Assembly (NCBI GenBank): GCA_965204535.1
Contig: OZ241996.1
Span: forward strand, 160,001-224,000
Length of the DNA: 64,000 nucleotides
Origin: a bacterium
GTDB lineage: Bacteria; UBA8248
Reading direction: 5' to 3'
Every line of letters starts with the position of its first letter. Position 1 is the stretch's first letter. Below the pieces are notes generated by a model. That model ran no database searches, was not told the origin of the DNA, and saw nothing but the letters and a program-made list of their open reading frames with translations. Positions 40,516 through 50,154 of this stretch are shown here, piece by piece. The position numbers and the translations under genes were made by a program.

Positions 40516-43500
40516 TTGGAGCGTATTTTTGGATTCGACATCGGGACGACCTCGATAGGCTTCGCCGTGATTGACCACGATCCGGATGCGGCGACGGGCG
40601 AGATTAAGCGTATGGGCGTCCGCATTTTTCCCGAAGCGCGCGATCCGAAGGGCGCGCCGCTCAATCAGGAACGGCGAGCGGCGCGTATGCGCCGTCGCCA
40701 GTTGCGCCGCCGTCGCGAAAGAAGGCGTTCGCTCGGCAAATTGTTGTCCGAAGCCGGTCTACTCCCCACTTACGGATCCCCCGAATGGGACAAGGCAATG
40801 AAGTACGACCCCTACGATCTCAGAAGGCGGGCTTTCGATGGCGCGCCTATCTCCCCGCATGAGTTCGGGAGGGCGATCTACCACCTTGCCCAGCGTCGTC
40901 ACTTCAAGGGGCGGGACGTCGACGAGATTTCCGATGATACCCAGACGGAGGATCGGAAAGAGGAAAAAGCGGACGCCGATGAAAAGAAAGCCAAGGGCAA
41001 GCGCGAATCAACCATAGCAATACTGAAAGACGAGAATAAGACGCTCGGCGCGTGGCTGGCGGAGCGCGGGCCGCATGAACGCAAGCGAGACGAGCATGCA
41101 ACGCGAAAAATCGTCGAGGATGAGTTCGAGAAAATTTGGGAAAAGCAGAAGAAGCATTTGTCTGTGCTTCAGGACGAGGAATTGAGGGACTCCATCCGCG
41201 AGGCGATTTTCGCTCAACGCCCCGTGTTTTGGCGCAAAAATACGTTGGGGGAATGCCGTTTCGTCCCCGAAGCGCCCTTGTGTCCGAGGGGCGCATGGCT
41301 CTCTCAACAGAAGCGGATGCTGGAGAAGGTCAACAACCTCTCGGTGGGCGGCAGCGCCCGCTGCCTCGACGCAGAAGAACGCCGGGCGATTCTCGACAAA
41401 CTGCAAACGCAGGCGTCCATGACCTGGAGCAGAGTTCGGGGCGCGCTCAAGCCGCTTTATGAACAGCGCGGTATGCCGGGCGAGGAGAAGCGCCTCAAGT
41501 TCAATTTGGAAGACAGTGAGAAAAAGCTCATTGGCAACCCGCTCGAAAAGAAACTCGCGGACATTTTCGGTAAAGATTGGCCAGCGCATTCGCGCAAGCA
41601 GGAAATCCGCGACGCCGTGCATGACAGACTTTGGCATGCGGATTACGGGGAAACCGGCTCACAGCGCGTAGTCATTCTCCCAGCGAAAGAACGCAAGAGG
41701 AGGCGCGCAAAGGCGGCGCATGGTTTTGTGGATGATTTCGGCGTCACCGAAGCTCAGGCCGAAAAGCTCAAAGACCTCAAGCTACCCACGGGATGGGAGC
41801 CTTATTCGGTCGCGGCGTTAAAAGCATTTTTGCCCCATCTCGAAGAGGGCGTGCGGTTCGGTACGCTGGTGAGCAGTCCTGAGCCCAAATGGGAAAATTG
41901 GCGAGAAAAAACCTTTCCGCGAATGGAGCAGCCGACGGGCGAAATTCGGGATCGTTTGCCCAGTCCGGCGGATCCGGAGGAAAGGGCGCGCGTCGCTAAA
42001 TTGCGCAATCCCACGGTCGCGCGGGCGCGCAACGAATTGCGCAAGGTCGTCAACAACCTCATCGACAAGTTCGGAAAACCGGACCTGATCCGCGTGGAGT
42101 TGGCACGCGAGGTCGGCATGTCGAAGCGCCAACGCGAGGATATGTCGATCGGTATGAGGCGACAGGAAGGACGACGGAAAAAGGCGAAGGAAGCTCTCGA
42201 AGAAAGAGGGATACCCAACCCTTCGCGCGATGACGTCGAAAAATGGATGCTCTGGGAAGAGTGCGGGCATTTCTGTCCTTACACCGGAAAGGGTATCGGT
42301 TTCGAGGCCCTGTTTCACGAAAACGAATTTCAGGTCGAACACATCTGGCCGCGTTCCCGCTCTTTCGACAACAGTTTCAGAAACAAGACTCTGTGCCATA
42401 AGGACGAAAATCTCAGGAAAGGCAATCACATTCCATTTGAATATCTGAGTAGCGATGAAGAGAGTTGGGATCGGTTGGTGAAGCGACTGGAAGGAATGAA
42501 GGCGACCAAGAGCGGGGTCGGCATGTCGCCGGGCAAGGTCAGACGATTTCTCGCGACTGAGATACCGGAGGACTTCGCCGCGCGCCAACTCAACGACACC
42601 GGATACGCCGCGCGCGAGGCCGTGTCTTTCCTCAGGCAATTGTGGCCGGACGCGGGACCTGAAGCACCCATGACGGTGCAGGCCGTATCCGGCCGCGTTA
42701 CTGCGCAGCTTCGCTGGCTCTGGGGTTTGAACGACATTCTTGGCGAGAGCGGCAAGAAGACGCGATCCGATCATCGCCATCACGCGATTGACGCGCTGGC
42801 AGTCGCCTGTACGCATCTCGGCATGACGCAGAAGCTCTCTCGCTATTGGCAGGTCAGGGACTTACGGATCAAAGAAACCTCACACGCCCGAAAGCCGCGT
42901 CTGGAGCGGCCTTGGGAGACGATTCGCGCCGACGCGGAAAAGGCCGTCGCTGATATCGTCGTGTCGCATCGTGTTCGCAAGAAAATATCCGGGCCGCTGC
43001 ATTTGGGGACAATTTACGGCGATACCCGTAAAGACGCAGTTACCAAATCTGGAACCCACCGCTATTTCGTTACGCGCAAGAAGGTCGAAGAACTAAGCAA
43101 GAGTGATTTGGCGGATAAGAACGAAGACATGTGGCCGGATAAGAGAGTGCGTAAAATCGTCAAAGAGTGGGTGAACACTAATGGCGGAGACTCGAAAAAA
43201 GCATTTTCCTCCGGTTTTCCGCTATGCGGGCGGAACGGTCCTGAAATCCGCAAGGTGCGCTTACGAAAGAAACAGCAGTTGAAACTGATGGCGAAAGCCG
43301 GGACCGGCTACGCCGACCCAGGCGAGAATCACCACATGGCGATTTACCGCCTGCCCGACGGCGAGATCGATTTCGAGGTCGTTTCTTTGTTCGATGCGGC
43401 GCAGCGTCTGGCAAGACGCGAAGACATTGTGCGGCGCAAGCGCGAGGACGGTGCGTGCCTCATCATGTCGCTTTCAAAAGGCGACGCATTGCGGTTTCCT

Positions 43501-43686
43501 GACAACGACCAAGCCAAGGTGCGAATTGTCGAGAGCATTTGGGCGGCTGGCCCGGTAGTAATGGCTGACCACAACGACGCTACTGGAACGACTCGATTTC
43601 GACCTAGTCCCAATCCTATTATAAACAGCGGCGCGAAAAAAATTTCTATCGATCCCATCGGTCGCATACGTCCAGCCAAAGATTGA
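40516..43686 (+). CDS. cas9: Type II-C Cas9 (~1056 aa), Parvibaculum lavamentivorans-like
   Basis: RuvC-I GFDIGTTSIG, Arg-rich bridge helix, RuvC-II IRVELAR, HNH EHIWPRS..DNS..NK, RuvC-III HHAIDA; TTG start after GGAGGA. Confidence 0.97.
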   Translation: MERIFGFDIGTTSIGFAVIDHDPDAATGEIKRMGVRIFPEARDPKGAPLNQERRAARMRRRQLRRRRERRRSLGKLLSEAGLLPTYGSPEWDKAMKYDPYDLRRRAFDGAPISPHEFGRAIYHLAQRRHFKGRDVDEISDDTQTEDRKEEKADADEKKAKGKRESTIAILKDENKTLGAWLAERGPHERKRDEHATRKIVEDEFEKIWEKQKKHLSVLQDEELRDSIREAIFAQRPVFWRKNTLGECRFVPEAPLCPRGAWLSQQKRMLEKVNNLSVGGSARCLDAEERRAILDKLQTQASMTWSRVRGALKPLYEQRGMPGEEKRLKFNLEDSEKKLIGNPLEKKLADIFGKDWPAHSRKQEIRDAVHDRLWHADYGETGSQRVVILPAKERKRRRAKAAHGFVDDFGVTEAQAEKLKDLKLPTGWEPYSVAALKAFLPHLEEGVRFGTLVSSPEPKWENWREKTFPRMEQPTGEIRDRLPSPADPEERARVAKLRNPTVARARNELRKVVNNLIDKFGKPDLIRVELAREVGMSKRQREDMSIGMRRQEGRRKKAKEALEERGIPNPSRDDVEKWMLWEECGHFCPYTGKGIGFEALFHENEFQVEHIWPRSRSFDNSFRNKTLCHKDENLRKGNHIPFEYLSSDEESWDRLVKRLEGMKATKSGVGMSPGKVRRFLATEIPEDFAARQLNDTGYAAREAVSFLRQLWPDAGPEAPMTVQAVSGRVTAQLRWLWGLNDILGESGKKTRSDHRHHAIDALAVACTHLGMTQKLSRYWQVRDLRIKETSHARKPRLERPWETIRADAEKAVADIVVSHRVRKKISGPLHLGTIYGDTRKDAVTKSGTHRYFVTRKKVEELSKSDLADKNEDMWPDKRVRKIVKEWVNTNGGDSKKAFSSGFPLCGRNGPEIRKVRLRKKQQLKLMAKAGTGYADPGENHHMAIYRLPDGEIDFEVVSLFDAAQRLARREDIVRRKREDGACLIMSLSKGDALRFPDNDQAKVRIVESIWAAGPVVMADHNDATGTTRFRPSPNPIINSGAKKISIDPIGRIRPAKD

Positions 43687-43728
43687 ACCAGTTATAAGAT
43701 ATCCGCGAGATTGTAAGGAAATGGTTTC

Positions 43729-43772
43729 TTCCGCCCGATCGGCTGGATTTTTTTGTCGCCGATCAGGCGGAA
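43729..43772. terminator. Inverted repeat in the CRISPR leader; probable terminator between convergent cas9 and crRNA transcripts
   Basis: TTCCGCCCGATCGGC ... GCCGATCAGGCGGAA. Confidence 0.5.
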
Positions 43773-43804
43773 ATGGCCTTTTTTCAGTACCTTACGAAAA
43801 AGCG

Positions 43805-45290
43805 ATTGTAGCAAGTCGAGGGGTGGCCGCAAACCACAGTCTGCGAGCTTGCCGATTGATTCCGCGCATTATTGTAGCAAGTCGAGGGGTGGCCGCAAAC
43901 CACAGTCTACCATCACTCCGGGCTTTGCTACAAAAGATTGTAGCAAGTCGAGGGGTGGCCGCAAACCACAGTAAGATCGTGAAAAAGCATCGTGAAAACT
44001 CGATTGTAGCAAGTCGAGGGGTGGCCGCAAACCACAGTTTAGGACGGGAAGCGTAGACAACCCGATCCATTGTAGCAAGTCGAGGGGTGGCCGCAAACCA
44101 CAGTGAATGAAGTTGCGCCTTCAAGCCGTCACCGATTGTAGCAAGTCGAGGGGTGGCCGCAAACCACAGTGCTCCTCGTCTTGTGGACCGCAAAGAGCCC
44201 ATTGTAGCAAGTCGAGGGGTGGCCGCAAACCACAGTACGCGGCATCGAGGCTCACCTGCACCCGGTATTGTAGCAAGTCGAGGGGTGGCCGCAAACCACA
44301 GTCCAGCGTGGTGCTTCCTCATGCTCGCATCGATTGTAGCAAGTCGAGGGGTGGCCGCAAACCACAGTTGGTGCAGGTTCTTCACGCTCACGCGTCCGAT
44401 TGTAGCAAGTCGAGGGGTGGCCGCAAACCACAGTTAGAATGCGTGCAGATCCACCTGCTTCTTGATTGTAGCAAGTCGAGGGGTGGCCGCAAACCACAGT
44501 GTGTCTCGAAGGATGTGGACGACAGGAATATTGTAGCAAGTCGAGGGGTGGCCGCAAACCACAGTAAGAGTCAGGGGATTACGGAACTCAAGCAAATTGT
44601 AGCAAGTCGAGGGGTGGCCGCAAACCACAGTCATGGGCCTCTGTTGGTTATTCTTGGCCTGATTGTAGCAAGTCGAGGGGTGGCCGCAAACCACAGTCGT
44701 TTCTTCACCGAATCACTGCCGAAAATATTGTAGCAAGTCGAGGGGTGGCCGCAAACCACAGTCCTGATCATCGAGGAGCGCTACGCCCACCGATTGTAGC
44801 AAGTCGAGGGGTGGCCGCAAACCACAGTGCTTCATTTACAGGAGCAACAACCGGATTTATTGTAGCAAGTCGAGGGGTGGCCACAAACCACAGTGAAGGA
44901 GGCGCGATGTCATGGCCAGACGAAATTGTAGCAAGTCGAGGGGTGGCCGCAAACCACAGTATCTAAAGTATCGGCATCTACATCAAGATCATTGTAGCAA
45001 GTCGAGGGGTGGCCGCAAACCACAGTTACTAGGCGTTTTCGTATAGAATGCCTTTAATTGTAGCAAGTCGAGGGGTGGCCGCAAACCACAGTGAGCACCG
45101 CAGCGTAAGCCCGAGCTTCGCGATTGTAGCAAGTCGAGGGGTGGCCGCAAACCACAGTTCATAGGTGGATTCGCCTATAATGCCTCTAATTGTAGCAAGT
45201 CGAGGGGTGGCCGCAAACCACAGTAGCTAGACGTTTTCGCGTATGCTCTTCTCAATTGTAGCAATTCAAGGGGTGGCAGCAAACCACTCG
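43805..45290 (-). CRISPR. Type II-C array: 23 repeats of 36 bp (last one degenerate), 22 spacers of 29-30 bp
   Basis: Repeat ATTGTAGCAAGTCGAGGGGTGGCCGCAAACCACAGT; minus-strand form ends in TGCTACAAT (repeat-embedded extended -10) and pairs with tracrRNA. Confidence 0.98.
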
Positions 45291-45854
45291 TTGCGAAAGG
45301 CTGGATTCATAAAGGGAATCGTCATATCTTTGTGCATGGTGGCGCATCTCTTATTTACTGAATGATCGGGCTTCTGACAACCCTATTTCAGCAGGAATGC
45401 GCCGTCTTCTTCAATTCAGCCCACACACAAGATCTGAGGGTAACTCTGCATAAAGTTTATGCAGGACAATGACTTATTGCTCTCATAATCATTGTCAAGT
45501 GAAGTGGAACGTAGCCGGGGAATGGTCTGTATCTGTGGATAGTTCAAGTGTGTGCGATTCATCGGCAACTTTTTTCCGAGTCCTAAGTCAGGTTGCGATC
45601 GGGTGATGCTGGGCATGAATCTGTAAATTGAGCGGTGTGGTCAGTTCCCAGATGTGTCGGTACGGAAGCTGAAGGTGAATAAGTTGCTGGATCGGACTTG
45701 CGCCTAAGAGCACCCAACGGTTTCCTCGTTGCGGGGTAGACTTGCTGGAAGCCACACAACCGAAGGCACCAGTAGTCGCAGGCGGCTCGGCGGTTCTTGT
45801 GCCAGGTCCGAACTGGTCGGGGACACGAGCAAATCAATGCTTCTGATTTGGCAC

Positions 45855-45884
45855 TTGACACTGTAGTGTGAAGTGCACTACATT
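45855..45884 (+). promoter_or_regulatory. TA operon promoter with palindromic operator
   Basis: TTGACA-18-TACATT overlapping TGTAGTG-N7-CACTACA. Confidence 0.65.
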
Positions 45885-45905
45885 AGCCTTGTGAAAGGGG
45901 CGGCC

Positions 45906-46214
45906 ATGTTAGACTTTGACATATCATCAAGTTCTTCTACCAAACACACTAGAACCACGCAGGTGCGTCACGATGATCGACTAGCGACCCTGATTGAGCG
46001 TGCTGCACTGTCGCTAGCTGTGCATAAATCGGTCTTCCTGCGCGCAGTGATTGAGCGCGAGGCAATACATGTGCTTGAAGCGCAATCCCGACATGTTCTG
46101 ACACCGGAGGACGCCGAGCAGTTCGCTGCGGCCCTTGATTCCCCCCCCGCTCTGACTCCACGCGCTCGGGAGGCGGCACGAAACTATCGCGCGCGCGTGG
46201 TTCATGCCGACTGA
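45906..46214 (+). CDS. DUF1778 (RHH) antitoxin
   Basis: IERAA...FLRAVIEREA...LTPEDAEQFAAALDSPP; overlaps the GNAT gene. Confidence 0.85.
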   Translation: MLDFDISSSSSTKHTRTTQVRHDDRLATLIERAALSLAVHKSVFLRAVIEREAIHVLEAQSRHVLTPEDAEQFAAALDSPPALTPRAREAARNYRARVVHAD

Positions 46215-46749
46215 AACACCTGCCCTTAGAATCGAATCTTTTGATCCAGCACGGCATGACCGCGTCGGTTTCGATTGCGGTGTTGATCGCCTGAACAACT
46301 ACCTCAAGCTGAGCGCAAAGAAGCAACAGAAAGACGACATGACCCGCGTCTATGTTGTTGTCGAAGAGGGGAGCACGCGCATCCTCGGCTACCATGCGAT
46401 CAACGTGGGCAAGATGAACGTGGACGAGCTCGAGCATCGACCGCGCGGGACACCGAAGCATGGAGAGATCCCGGTGCTGTTCCTGGGACAGGTCGCAGTG
46501 GACAAGCCGTCGCAAGATACAGGTCTTGGCGGCATCCTCATGTACCATGTCTTCGAAAAAGCATGCAAGATTTCCGAAATGGCCGGTTGCCATGCAATCA
46601 TCCTTGATGTCATCTCGGATGGAGGGGAAGAAGCACTTGCGCGTCGTAGAGCGTGGTACGAAAACTTTGGTTTCACTTCCTTCTCCAGCAATCCTGCACG
46701 CATGTTCCTTGTGATGAAACAGGTCCGCGCGGTGACTCGGGCAAAGTGA
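46204..46749 (+). CDS. GNAT acetyltransferase toxin (TacT/AtaT-like)
   Basis: HDR..FDCG...LNNYL, LGQVAVD..Q..GLG, WYENFGF. Confidence 0.88.
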   Translation: MPTETPALRIESFDPARHDRVGFDCGVDRLNNYLKLSAKKQQKDDMTRVYVVVEEGSTRILGYHAINVGKMNVDELEHRPRGTPKHGEIPVLFLGQVAVDKPSQDTGLGGILMYHVFEKACKISEMAGCHAIILDVISDGGEEALARRRAWYENFGFTSFSSNPARMFLVMKQVRAVTRAK

Positions 46750-46965
46750 CGAGAAGCGACCGCTTCGTCTTTCGTTGGTTCGGCTAGTCTGAATCGGGGA
46801 CGTAAGTTGCCAAGGAGTTGAAACCCGAGAGAATCGGCATCAAGATGAGCAAAAGAAAGCTCAATAAAATCCTCATCCCCTTCAACTTCCATGGATTTCA
46901 GGACAATAGCCTTCGAAATCAATTCACGATGAGGAGGCAGGGCTTGGAGCGTTCCAAGACCGGCA

Positions 46966-47730
46966 ATGAGGAGCACGATGTTGACAGGGTTACTTGAACT
47001 TGATCGGCCCAAGGCATGGCCACCAGAATTGTGTGCATATCTTGGTGAGTATTACGATTTGTTCCTGGGGTGGGAGACCAAACAAGATAAGCCCTCCGCT
47101 TCCGCGTATGATTGTGCCCTGCAAGGATTGATGGGTATCTTACAGCCGTATGTGATCTTGGGTTGGCATTGCACGCGGATCACAGCTGCAGAAGCAGACG
47201 ATATCCTACGTAGCGGCATACAAATGCCCGATGCCGCCATGCTGGAACGCCGCATCGATGCTCTTGTGGAATCCAATGAAATCGCCCCTGATCTCGCATG
47301 TCTACTCAAGAGTAAGAATCAATCGGATGAGAAGAACCGTGCTGGAAAGGTCTGGTTCTGCTTTTTTCCGCCGAGGAAGGCGGGAGAGGGGGGAATCGAA
47401 CGGTTCTTCCGCCACTGGGGAGGTGAGGCTCTTTACAATTCTCACGAGGATGATCCTGTTACGTCACCCGCTATCCGCGATGTAGGGACACCTTGCATCG
47501 TCGAGGTTGATGTGCCGGTTTCGTCACTTGCGAGACACGAACCTCTTGCTCTCAATATCGTCCGTCGATTCCTGGCCAGCCGAGACCACCGCATGACAGA
47601 GTCAACTGACTACGAAGATCGAATAGTGCAACCGTTATCGGCTACGAATGTTCGTCGCGTAATTCGCTTTCCTGATCCGGATTTCTTTGCCCTCACGGGT
47701 TGTGCAGAATGGCGTAGGCCGATCGTATAA
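46966..47730 (+). CDS. Hypothetical protein (possible ADP-ribosyltransferase-like fold)
   Basis: ORF track; GWHCTR, G-I, VWFCF, GGE motifs. Confidence 0.55.
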   Translation: MRSTMLTGLLELDRPKAWPPELCAYLGEYYDLFLGWETKQDKPSASAYDCALQGLMGILQPYVILGWHCTRITAAEADDILRSGIQMPDAAMLERRIDALVESNEIAPDLACLLKSKNQSDEKNRAGKVWFCFFPPRKAGEGGIERFFRHWGGEALYNSHEDDPVTSPAIRDVGTPCIVEVDVPVSSLARHEPLALNIVRRFLASRDHRMTESTDYEDRIVQPLSATNVRRVIRFPDPDFFALTGCAEWRRPIV

Positions 47731-48368
47731 GCCGAGGTACCTTCATGCTAGAAGGGTTTGCGTCCCGCATCGCCCTGTTTTGAATATGATTTTACTACAG
47801 GTCGACTACACTCAAGTCGCGCTCAGAAGTCGTCTTTAGGCGCGGATCGGAGCTTTTGGTATAAGTTGCGGTGTGCCGACGCATAACTCTGAACGAGCCA
47901 TTGCAGGTTGAACTATAGAGTACGACTGCTCAATAGTAGCGGTAGTGTCATGGAGTGATAATGCCGCAAGACTCAGAAGCAGTTATTAGTATGGCACTGC
48001 GTATCCGATTGGGTCGACGAATTTTTGATGCTCATAACCCTGCGACCGAACGGATACTTGATCGCTTACGACCGTAGCTCGCAGGGCTGCGCTGGAGTTA
48101 TAATTCATCCGCTTTCGATTTGATTACAAGTTGCGGAAAGCAAGCCCCCAACAAAACTCGCAAAAAACAAATACCCACAACAGTTTCAACAAACTATATA
48201 GACCTCATAGCTATTGGCTCAACCCTAACGTTTGAACCACGCGACACGGTGAATCTAGCTAGATGAAGTCAATATAAAAGATAGATCGGTGGCTCTTAGG
48301 CAAAATACAATAGGAGTCTGTCGACTGCTTTTCTGTTACAATTCGATACATTAAACAGGAGGATAGAC

Positions 48369-49214
48369 ATGGCACTTGGAGATGGAATACGAAGAAATAT
48401 CGCTCATGTTTCAACAGTAGAGCGAGTACGCTTCAGAGATGCGATTATTGAGCTCAACAGTAGATATTATCCTGACAATGTTTCGAAGTGGGTCAAGCAA
48501 GACCAAATCCATCAGGATACTTATGTTCACCACAAGCCGTCGTTCTTGCCTTGGCACCGAGAGCTCTGTAACCGTTTCGAACAGCTACTGCGAGAAGGCG
48601 ATGAGGAGCTATCGCTACACTATTGGGACTGGACAGAAGATCCACGACGGGCGGGCGATGGAGCTGGTGGCACGATAGATCTGTTTACGGCGGAGTTCAT
48701 GGGAGCGGCGTTCAGAAGCGTCGGGTCGCCTTTCACCGATTTTCCTGCATTTGCTCGAAAGGTGGCAGGGGGAAAAAACGCCCCTGCCCCGACTGGCACA
48801 GACACTGATTCGTCAATCATCAATTCGACGAACGGAGTTGCTCGAGGCGATCAGTGGAAGACATTCCGGCAAAAGATTGAAAGTCCTCCAAACCATGATT
48901 CGATTCACGCGTACATAGGCGGCTCAATCGGCAATGAACACACGGCCTTCGAGGATCCGTTCGTCTTCCTGCTCCACTCCAACGTGGATCGTCTCTGGGC
49001 AATGTGGCAAACAGTGAGCGGAGAGGAATGGCGCCTCGATCCCCAAAAAATCTATGGGAACGAAGGCTCTGACTCTAACATCTTAGAGAACCTTGAACCT
49101 TGGGCAGGCGGACGCGGTTTACGCCCTTGGGGACCGCCAGAAAATCAGCAGGTTGTCAAGAACTCCAAGCATACGACAATCGTGATACCGCCACGTTACG
49201 ACACGTTGCCTTAG
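48369..49214 (+). CDS. Tyrosinase-family type-3 copper protein
   Basis: H..HH..SFLPWHR, YWDW, HDSIH..IGG, DPFVFLLHSNVDRLW; AGGAGG RBS. Confidence 0.9.
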   Translation: MALGDGIRRNIAHVSTVERVRFRDAIIELNSRYYPDNVSKWVKQDQIHQDTYVHHKPSFLPWHRELCNRFEQLLREGDEELSLHYWDWTEDPRRAGDGAGGTIDLFTAEFMGAAFRSVGSPFTDFPAFARKVAGGKNAPAPTGTDTDSSIINSTNGVARGDQWKTFRQKIESPPNHDSIHAYIGGSIGNEHTAFEDPFVFLLHSNVDRLWAMWQTVSGEEWRLDPQKIYGNEGSDSNILENLEPWAGGRGLRPWGPPENQQVVKNSKHTTIVIPPRYDTLP

Positions 49215-49309
49215 CTGATCGCAACTGTATGACAGAATTGGATATTTTGCCGACCAATAAGGGGTCGCAAAGGCTGTCGGGAGTTACCCTCAGATCTTGT
49301 GTATGGGCG

Positions 49310-49506
49310 GAATTGAAGAAGGCAGCGCTGAGCCTCGTGCATTACTCACCATGAGCGCCGAGAAGCGATGGCGCCGCCTACGAGGCTTCCGTCATCTGGC
49401 CGATGTGATCGCCGACGTGAGGTTCATCAATGGTGTGGGCGAAAAAGAAACGGGCAGGAGGGCCGCTGAATTCAGGACGGCCATACACAAGATTTGACAG
49501 TAACTC
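49310..49506 (+). pseudogene. IS256-family 3' remnant
   Basis: SAEKRWRRLRGFRHLADVI..VRF.NGV C-terminus followed by an IR-like end. Confidence 0.65.
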
Positions 49507-49532
49507 AAAGATTCATTTTGACATAGAATAAT

Positions 49533-49991
49533 TTATTTGCTTCTCATCTTACCTGGAACTTCAATACAACCCGTTTTGTCTTGATCACAATTTGCTAAAG
49601 ACAAATTTTCAACCTTAAGACATCGACGAAGATCAGTTATAAAAAAATCCGAATAATGAGGTATTGTTCTATCTTGATTTCCCAATTCATAAAATCTAGT
49701 AGCTTCTAATACACAACGATCAATGGCTTTTTGTTTGCTCTTAGAACAAGTCTCTTTTAAACATTCAGATACAATTACCCCTGGATGTACAGGTGCATAT
49801 TTATATGAAAGAAAAATATGTAACTGCGAGTAAATTACCAGAGCACTTAAAAGTACACATATTATCCAAAACCATCTCCCCTCCTTGAAAATAAATTTGA
49901 ATCCTGAAATTATCTTATCTTTATAATTCCAAACTGTCATGACAATAAGACCTACAAAAATCCAATAAAGAAACTCAAGTATTGTTTTCAT
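49533..49991 (-). CDS. Very AT-rich hypothetical membrane protein with Cys-rich C-terminus
   Basis: ORF track; two TM segments. Confidence 0.6.
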   Translation of the reverse strand: MKTILEFLYWIFVGLIVMTVWNYKDKIISGFKFIFKEGRWFWIICVLLSALVIYSQLHIFLSYKYAPVHPGVIVSECLKETCSKSKQKAIDRCVLEATRFYELGNQDRTIPHYSDFFITDLRRCLKVENLSLANCDQDKTGCIEVPGKMRSK

Positions 49992-50154
49992 TTTCTTCTC
50001 TTTTAACGTAGAAAAATTAAATCACGAATAAATATGATGGATAATAATATTATTCAGATTCTCAAATATATTAAGAAATTGCCACCTCAAAAATAAGTGA
50101 ATTTTGTTAACTTTGCTTAATTAATCCCTTTATGATTCGCAGTCGAAGAGAAGA

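Noticed and set aside
39085-43686. Type II-A/II-B assignment, or an inactivated transposon-associated Cas9
   Set aside because: No csn2 or cas4; RuvC and HNH catalytic residues appear intact; no Tn7-like genes; the IS256 has its own IRs and TSD.
43721-44966. ORFs with repeated peptides such as IVASRGVAANHS and LWFAATPRLAT
   Set aside because: Translations of CRISPR repeats.
43841-45254. Self-targeting spacers or cas9 autoregulation within this window
   Set aside because: No match found by eye; S22 shares only CGTATGCT with the cas9 upstream region, outside the seed. A computed search is still needed.
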